Below are positions 42,293-51,200 of a stretch of 64,000 bases of DNA, piece by piece. The translations under genes were made by a program, and so were the position numbers. Positions within the stretch are counted from its first letter, which is position 1; every line of letters begins with the position of its first letter. Under the pieces are notes generated by a model. The model was not told the DNA's origin and made no database searches. It saw nothing but the letters and a program-made list of their open reading frames with translations. This DNA is from Octopus vulgaris (lineage: Eukaryota), in assembly GCA_951406725.2 (NCBI GenBank), contig OX597815.1, positions 78,616,001 to 78,680,000 of the forward strand, written 5' to 3'.

Positions 42293-45200
42293 CATGTTTA
42301 TGTTTTTATGTGTATGCACTTTGTGCATTAGCATGTATGTACATAAATGTTGACATTCCAGGGCTTCATTTGTCACCATTTCTGTGAAATAATGAAATGA
42401 TGTTTGCATTCCTTGTTGACTTAAAAAAAAAAAAAAAAATCCTAACTTGAGAAACAGGTAAGGGATGCCAATAAACATAATTTAACATCTGTTTTCCATG
42501 CTGGCATGGGTTCAATGGTTTGACAGAATCCTGTGAGCTGCAGGGCTATGTTAAGCTCCAATGTCAGCTTTGGCATAGTTTTTATAGCCAAACCCTCTCT
42601 TTGATGCCAAGATGCCCTCACTGGCCATAAAATGCTTCACATAAGTCCACATTCAAACCACAGTAGAATTACAAAAACAGACAAACAAATGAACTACTGA
42701 AAAAACAGGGAAGAATATTTAATCATTGTAAGCAACAAAAGTACTAAGTAATTGAACAATGTTTCATTAGTTGCACTACTAAATACAAACCTGTAATGTG
42801 TTGGCATCCAATCAAAAAAGGTAAATGTTTTTGTTACAGATTTTTTTGAAAATTTCTTTATTCCTGTTTTGCCTCCATTTTCCTAAGCTTGCATGTGTGA
42901 GTAGTTTACTTGTTGGAAAAAAATTTTCTTTTTTTTTTTTTTACACTTGGATGCTCCTTCCTTCCTGCTAACTACTAAACTGTTAAGTCATAGCAGAACA
43001 CTGCAAACTAAAATAAGTTCCATAGAACTTAATGTAAACAGTTAGGAATAAAAAATTAAATAAATTATCCAACACCCAGTTTAGTAAATAAAACCAATTC
43101 ATGTTTGTAGAAGGCAGCAAGTCAAGTATTGTTGGACTGTACCTTGTGACTAATTAAGTAATATATAACTTGAAATATTAGTCTGGTACAGACACTGATA
43201 GCAAAATAAGTCTTGTATTAAAAATCAATAATGTATTCTCAACCAGTGTTTATTTTCTAGCAATTCCAAACATGAATTATTGTACCCCAATTAGCCCCAA
43301 ATCCACTATCTCAGTGCCAAAGCCACATGATCATTTAACTTAAGGGATTAAAGGATATTATTTCGGAACACCCAGAATGTGCTGTTATTGTTTCCCAAAT
43401 GAAAAATATATTCTCATAAAATTGAAATTACATGTACATTATGTCAATAAGAATTTAAACTGTAACATACATTCTTTAGCTCCACTGAGAAACTAAATGT
43501 TTCACATACAGATTTATCTGCAGTATTTGAGTCCACTAAAATGTTTATTAGTTTTCCAAAGAAACCATTCAACATGCAGAGTATAGAAGATATACTTAAT
43601 CCTTTTGTTCCTATATTTCTGTTGATATATATTGCTTTGGTATCAATGAATTTTGAACATAAATTAACATGAAATTTTGATGGAAGGCTTTTATTTATAT
43701 CAACTTAAAACAGGAAGTTTGTATCATAGAACCAAGGCCAGTCTAGGTAGGTTGCTTTCAAAAGAGCTGAGGGACAGACAACACACTTTGATTAAAGATA
43801 CAAAAACCTATAATGATGGGACATCAGAACTAGTATTAGATAAATAAAAAAAAATTTTAAAAAAAGACATCTTTACCTTTCATTGATGTGAAGGTCTGGT
43901 AAATGGGGATTTTGATCCTGAAAATGGAAACATAAAAAGATGAACATACTAAAATGGTTACATGTCAATCAAAAGAAAATTTTTTTAAAGTCGAGAGAGG
44001 AGCATGCACAAAATTTTTGTTAAGCCTTATATTTAAAAAAAAATGCCAAATAGCAGCTATTTCTTCATCTGTACACAGTATCATAGTAAGCATGTAACTT
44101 TTTTTTTTTTTGTAGCTATCCAAATATGTCATTTAACCAATGTTGTTAGCTGAAGGAGAAGCAGGCTATAAAAGTTTCTAATTTTAGCTTTACACACAGC
44201 CAAAACAGTTCACCTGAAACTTAACTTCTACCTTAATTCCCTGGTTGCACACCAACAGAAACTTCCTATTTTTGAAACCCTATTATGGTAAAATCAGCTA
44301 TCATATTCTGTCAGGTGAATCCAAAGACAGGATATTACTTAAAAAAGCACATGAGAGAGAAAGAGATTCCTTAATTATTTATAAAATACATACACACATA
44401 TATAAAGCTTTTTAGTCATTGATTTTTCATAACATATTTTTCTCATGTTATTTATTGTCAGAAAATGAAACTTGTAAGAGAGGGAGAGAGATCTACCCTT
44501 TGTTTTGATCTATTTTCCATGATCTATATTTTATGCATCCTATTTATATCGCAGTTGGGAGTAATGTTATTGTTGGTTACAGATATTCAACAAACCAACC
44601 AGTGGCTTATTTAATTTCTAATGACAAGAATGACAAAGGAGTGTTTGTAACTTACTGCAGAACAAACATCAAGGGATTTCATTCAAAAAGCACTACACGC
44701 ATACAATAATTACTACCTTCTACATTGTTTCCATTTGCCAAATTCCATTATCAATATCTGACACTGCACAATAAGATCAGAATAACAAACCAAACTACTA
44801 TGTTTTGGACAGAAAAGGTAACAGAGGCATGAAAGTCATGCTTTTTCAAAGATATAAATATGACAAATACAAGCATGGTTGCATGGTTAATAACTTCATT
44901 TTACAACCACATGATTTTGGATTCAGTCACACTGCATGGAACCTGAGGTAAGTGCCTCTACTATAGTCCTAGGCCAACAACTGCCTTGTGAAGGAATTTG
45001 GTAGACTGAAACTGCAAGAAGCCCATTGTGTGTTTGCAAGTGTGTACGAATGTACATGAATGTTGATATTTCATGTTTGTCACCACTTGAACAAAATAGC
45101 AATGTTGAAATTCCTTGTCATTTCTGATCAGTGGTTCTGAGCTTTTGAAGACCTCTGAAATAAAAAATCCCTTACCTGATAAACAGGAAATGTTTAATAA

Positions 45201-48200
45201 TAAGAAAAGTAGCCAACTGTAAAATTCCGCTGCAATTACCGAACTAACACTCACTACCAAGAAAAAAATGGATGCTAAGCAAACAAGCATAAGTGAAATT
45301 ACAATTAGGAATAAAAAAAAAAACCAGGCCACACATTCAAGTTACAAGCATTTATTCCCAATACTCCTACATATTAATATTCTATAAATCAACTGATTAT
45401 ATCACTAGGGAAATTCCTAGAAATTATTGATTCAATAACTAATTGATACTGGAATATTTTCATACATGAACCTGACTTTCAACAGTCAAGTAAAACATCA
45501 CAGCTATTTCATCTTGTTTTTTTTTTTTTTATATTTTATCTATATCTTTATTTATTGGTTGTAAAAACAAACCCCTATTCAATTACATATTAATTCAGAA
45601 TTAAGCTTCTCTACACTATTGTTTAATTTCTAACTCTTCTAATACCCATACAATCAAATAATTAATCAGGCTGTGATTTCTATGTACCATTCTCCAAATC
45701 ACTGAATCAATCAGTAAATAATCTCTTGGAAGCTATTTCCACCAATATTTACAATAACCTCTCATATGATCAATATACATTATCAAAAGAGTTAAATTAT
45801 TTTTGTAGCAACTCTCCATTTCAATATGAACTTTGAAACTGTAATCTCCAAATTTATCTTCAAAAGAGCAACACCATCAATGGAGAGTACTAAGCCAACT
45901 TGTCAAGGCAGTTATGAAAGGCTATCAAGACCAAATGCTCAGGAAAATTGACAAAAGGGGTCTTGTTTCATTAGGATAATACTCCAGCACTCAAGTCCTC
46001 GGTTTCAATGGCTGCTGTGTGTGATTGTAGCTTTGAAATGGTTCATCACCCTCCCTACTCTCTTGATTTAACCTCATCTGACTATCCTCTGTTCCCCACA
46101 ACATGAAAAACACTTGGTTGGGAACCAATATTGCAGTATGATAATGTTATATCTGCTGTTGATGACATTTTTGACCAACAGGATGAAGGCTTCTTCACCA
46201 ATGGGAGCCAAGCACTGCAACACTGATAGAAGTGTGTGGACTGCAAGGGGGATTATGTTGAAAAATAAACCTCATTTGGTCACATTCCATGAGAGTATCT
46301 CAGTCAGCCTATGTATATTTCAGCTGACCCCCATCATAGTGTTGCTAAGGGGTAGAATTTTTCATGAAGCTTCTTTTTTCCTTAATATCTAAATCCTTTG
46401 ATATCATACATTACTCTGCTTTAATCAAAACTCCAGTACACTTTCTTACAGTCTTGCTTCAAAACATCTCTAAATTATCATAATGGTGTCCAGTATACCC
46501 AGCCAAAAAATTATCTGATCATCATCCTTACATTTTATTCACTACTTATAGTTGCAAGCATGGTTCTGTGGTTAACCATGATTTTTGCTTCAGTCTCATT
46601 GCATGGTACCTTAAAGTGTCTTCTACAATATCCCTGTGCCAACTATAAAACCTTGTGAGTGTATTTGGTCAACAAAAACTAAAAGAAGCCCATATATACA
46701 TATGTATTTATGTATGTCTCCTTGACTGGACATCATGTGATTGTTATATTAGAAGGTCATTCATTTCCAATATTCTGCAAAGACATCTAGCCCTGAGGAA
46801 ATATTACCTTACATAGAAATAGGTAAAGGCTGGCAAGAAGAAGGATATCTGACCACAGAAAATTTACTTCAATAAGCTTCATCTAGCCCACACATGCAAA
46901 AGTGGACATTAAAACAATGATGATAAACTCAAATTTACTTTATATCATCATCATCATCATCATCATCATCGTTTAGCGTCCGTTTTCCATGCTAGCATGG
47001 GTTGGACGGTTCTACTGGGGTCTGTGAAGCCAGAAGGCTTCATCAGGCCCAGTCAAATCTGGCAGTGTTTCTACGGCTGGATGCCCTTCTTAACGCCAAC
47101 CACTCCGTGAGTGTAGTGGGTGCTTTTTACGTGCCACCCGCACAGGTGCCAGACAGAGCTGGCAAACGGCCACGAACGGATGGTGCTTTTTATGTGCCAC
47201 CGGCACAAGGGCCAGGCGAGGCTGGCAACGGACACGAAACGGGGCGGTGCTGGCAACGGTCGCGAAACGGAAGGTTCTCTTACATGCCACCGGCACTGGT
47301 AACACATCTGCAATTTCCATTGATCGATTTCCATTCTGATCCTCACTTGCCTCAACGGGTCTTCACAAGTAGAGTTTCGACATGCCACCGGCACTGGTAA
47401 CACATCTGCAATTTCCATTGATCGATTTCCATTCTGATCCTCACTTGCCTCAACGGGTCTTCACAAGTAGAGTTTCGACATGCCACCGGCACTGGTAACA
47501 CATCTGCAATTTCCATTGATCGATTTCGATTCTGATCCTCACTTGCCTCAACAGGTCTTCACAAGTAGAGTTTTGTGTCCCAAGAAGGGAAGGTATGCAT
47601 ACGTAGGCTGGCTCCATCCCAAGTAGAAGGCCACGGGTTATGGACTCACTTGTCCTGCCGGGTCTTCTCGCGCACAGCACACTTCCAGAGGACTCGGTCT
47701 CTAGTCATTTCCTCAGTGAGACCTAAAGTTCGAAGGTCGTGCTTCACCACCTCGTCCCAGGTTTTCCTGGGTCTGCCTCTTCCACAGGTTCCCTCAACCG
47801 CTAGGGTGTGGCACTTTTTCACACAACTATCTTCATCCATTCTCGCCACATGACCATACCAGCGCAATCGTCTCTCTTGTACACCACAACTGATGCTTCT
47901 TAGGTCCAGATTATGAACACTGACATTACACATCCATCGGAGCATACTGGCTTCATTTCTTGCGAGCTTACGCATATCCTCAGCAGTCACGGCCCATGTT
48001 TCACTGCCATGTAGCATGGCTGTTCGTACACACGCATCATACAGTCTGCCTTTCACTCTGTGCGAGAGGCCTTTTGTCACCAGCAGAGGTAAGAGCTCTC
48101 TGAACTTTGCCCAAGCTATTCTTACTCTAGCAGTTACACTTTCAGCACACCCGCCCCCGCTACTGACTTGGTCACCTAGGTAACGGAAACTATCAACTAT

Positions 48201-51200
48201 TTCTAGTTTTTCTCCCTGGAAAGTGACGGAAGTTGGTCTCAGAGCATTTTCAGTGTTTATTGTTCCTGAGCATCTGCCACATACAAAAACCATCTTCCTA
48301 GTTAGCCTTCCTTTGACATTGCTGCACCTCTTATGTGTCCATAGCTTACACTTGGTGCATCTTATAGAGTTTCTACCTACACCTTTTCTACAGATCGAGC
48401 AGGGCCATCTACCTGAAGGCGTTTGTGATTTGTCTACCTTCCTACTGATTACGACTTTGGTTTTAGCTAGATTGACTCTGAGGCCCTTCGATTCTAATCC
48501 TTGTTTCCACACCTGAAACTTCTCCTCCAGTTCTGATAGCGACTCAGCAATTAGAGCAAGGTCATCAGCATAGAGGAGCTCCCAAGGGCATCCTGTCTTG
48601 AATTCCTCCGTTATTGCCTGGAGGACTATGATAAATAGGAGGGGGCTGAGTACTGAGCCTTGGTGTACCCCTACCTCTACCCGGAATTCTTCACTGTACT
48701 CGTTTCCAACCCTCACCCTACTAGCAGCGTCCCTATACATGGCCCGCACAGCTCTCACTAACCATTCATCTATCCCTAGTTTCCTCATTGCCCACCAGAT
48801 AAGGGATCGGGGGACCCTGTCGAAGGCTTTCTCCATGTCAACAAAAGCCAGGTACAGGGGCTTATCTTTGGCTAGGTATTTCTCCTGCAGCTGCCTTACC
48901 AGGAATATAGCATCAGTAGTACTTTTCCCTGGCACAAACCCAAACTGCATCTCATCTAAACTAACTCTCTCTCTAATTAGTTGGGCTATGACCCTCTCCG
49001 TAACCTTCATCACCTGATCCAACAGCTTGATACCTCTGTAGTTATTTGTATCTAGGGCGTCACCTTTACTTTTGTAGCAGTTGACTATTATGCTGCTACA
49101 CCAGTCATTGGGTATGACTCCTTTGTGTATCACCTGATTAACTATATGGGTGACTAGGCTATAGCCGACACTACCAGACATTTTGAGCATCTCTGCAGTG
49201 ATTCCTGATGGGCCTGGGGCTTTTCCTGTCTTCATGCTTCTAATTGCCTTAGCTACCACGGAACTATCAACTCGGATAGCTGGTCCCTCTGTTGGGTCAA
49301 CATTCGGCAGACTCTCTTTATATAGTTACTTAATCCTTTCCTATATCATAGAAATCCAATGTTTAAATCTAATTTTCTTGGCATTAAATAATGATAAATC
49401 TCCCCTATAGTCAGCATAATCATCTATCAGAGAATTTCCCACAAAAGCCCAATATCTACTTCTCACATCATACAACTATGCAGAAGAATTTAGTGTCCTA
49501 TATGAGTCTGCCAACCTTTCCTTTCTACCATAAGCAGATACTCAACAAACCAAGGTAGTACCACTGGACATGATACTAAAAACAGTCCATGCCCTAACCA
49601 AAGAATCCAGTGCAAGAACAATGATCTAGCAGAACTGGCAAACTAAGGCTTCCTCTGCTGCTGCAATAGTACTTCCTTATACTTGTGTTGGCATTCATGC
49701 ATGAGTTGAGCCCACCCCCATCAGTCAATCCATGACATCATGAACAAAAAAAAGTCAGCTACACCCAGCATTTGACATGGAGATCATCAACCAATCCTGA
49801 TTATAATGGCAGACACCATACACATGAAGATCAGATACCAATTTAAGGTTTGACTTGATTTTACCTAATCAATGTTTTCAACTGTCCACTTCATTATTTA
49901 CACTGTCCCTACACATGCATTCAAGATGCACAAAGAATCAGAGAGGTGTGTGAAGTTAAGCACAAACTGAAAAATAAGGCCTGAAGTGAAACTATTCCTA
50001 CGTCTCAGTTTCCTGATTACACTGTGTGACCATATCCGAGACCTGGAATCTCTTTCACAAACCTGGAATGACACTTCTCTCTTTCTTCAAAAAAGGCATT
50101 CTTGCAGTAACATTGCAACACTAGTTCAATAAATACTAAAGCCAAGATATTTCCTATCAAGTAATAGCCATAGCCACTTTAACATGGCTGTCTGCTCAAA
50201 CGGACTCTATTGTGATTTTTTAACCCCAAGAAGACATCTCCTCTAGCTGGTTAACGATGCACAGCTAGAGATGTCCACGGGGTTAGACAAAAAAAATCGC
50301 AGTAGAGTCCGTTCAAATGGACAGCCATGTTAAAGTAGCTATGAATATTGTCAGTACAATTACTGCACTCTTAAGGAGATTTTAGAACTAGCATTTTTGC
50401 TCATATTTACTATCATTCTACCATAAAGATTTCATCAAGAGCATGATCAACACCTATGAGAAAATTAATGTCGTCTTTGACCATGTCAAGGCCTTGCAGA
50501 TAAATTTGCACTTTGAGAAAGTTTCTGGAACAATATTGGAACTACAAAGTAAACTTTTACTTTTCATGAACTTCACAGCAGCTTTTGATTCTGCTGATTG
50601 CAGCACACACTGGGATATCATAATTACAAATGAGTTACTTATGAAGCTGCTCATCTAATTAGAGCATATTACATGAGCAAAGGCCTTCAACATCTATTCA
50701 AGTGTTTAGTTGGGCTGTGTTCCTTCTTCAGCACATTTCAAATATGTCATCAATTGGACTGCAGAGTATGCTTGACAGATTTCCTAGGTGTCACTGCAGG
50801 ACAAGATTTCACCTTCACTGACCTTGACTATGCTAACAACCCCACAATAATTGAGAACAACTACATGAATGTATAATCAGCTGTTAAATGTATACAGCAC
50901 ATGTGGGCATAAAAACTGATATGGAAAGACACAGATCTACTAGCATGATTCTGCAAAACATTGATCAGTTCAAGCCCCCACACACCAGCCACTTTTTCCA
51001 ATCTTTTCCCTACAGGATATCAACCTCTGAAATTCCCACTCTGCCCATGTTTTTCATGCAACCAGCAACTTGCAGCTGTCCAAGAACATCAACAACATAA
51101 TCCTACTGATCTTGGAGGGTCTGTGAAAGCCATGAACATAAGCACCTTCCTCCAGATAAACCATAAAAAACAATAAAAACTATTACAATATTTGTGCCAT

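Larger units (their letters stand above)
46946..49315 (-). mobile_element. Young 5'-truncated RTE-clade LINE
   Basis: (TGA)n tail on the minus strand, a long 3' UTR and an uninterrupted RT ORF. Candidate TSD CTTTATAT at 46938-46945 and 49316-49323. Confidence 0.93.

Noticed and set aside
48223-49017. Plus-strand ORFs of 97 and 139 aa
   Set aside because: They are antisense shadows of the RT ORF.
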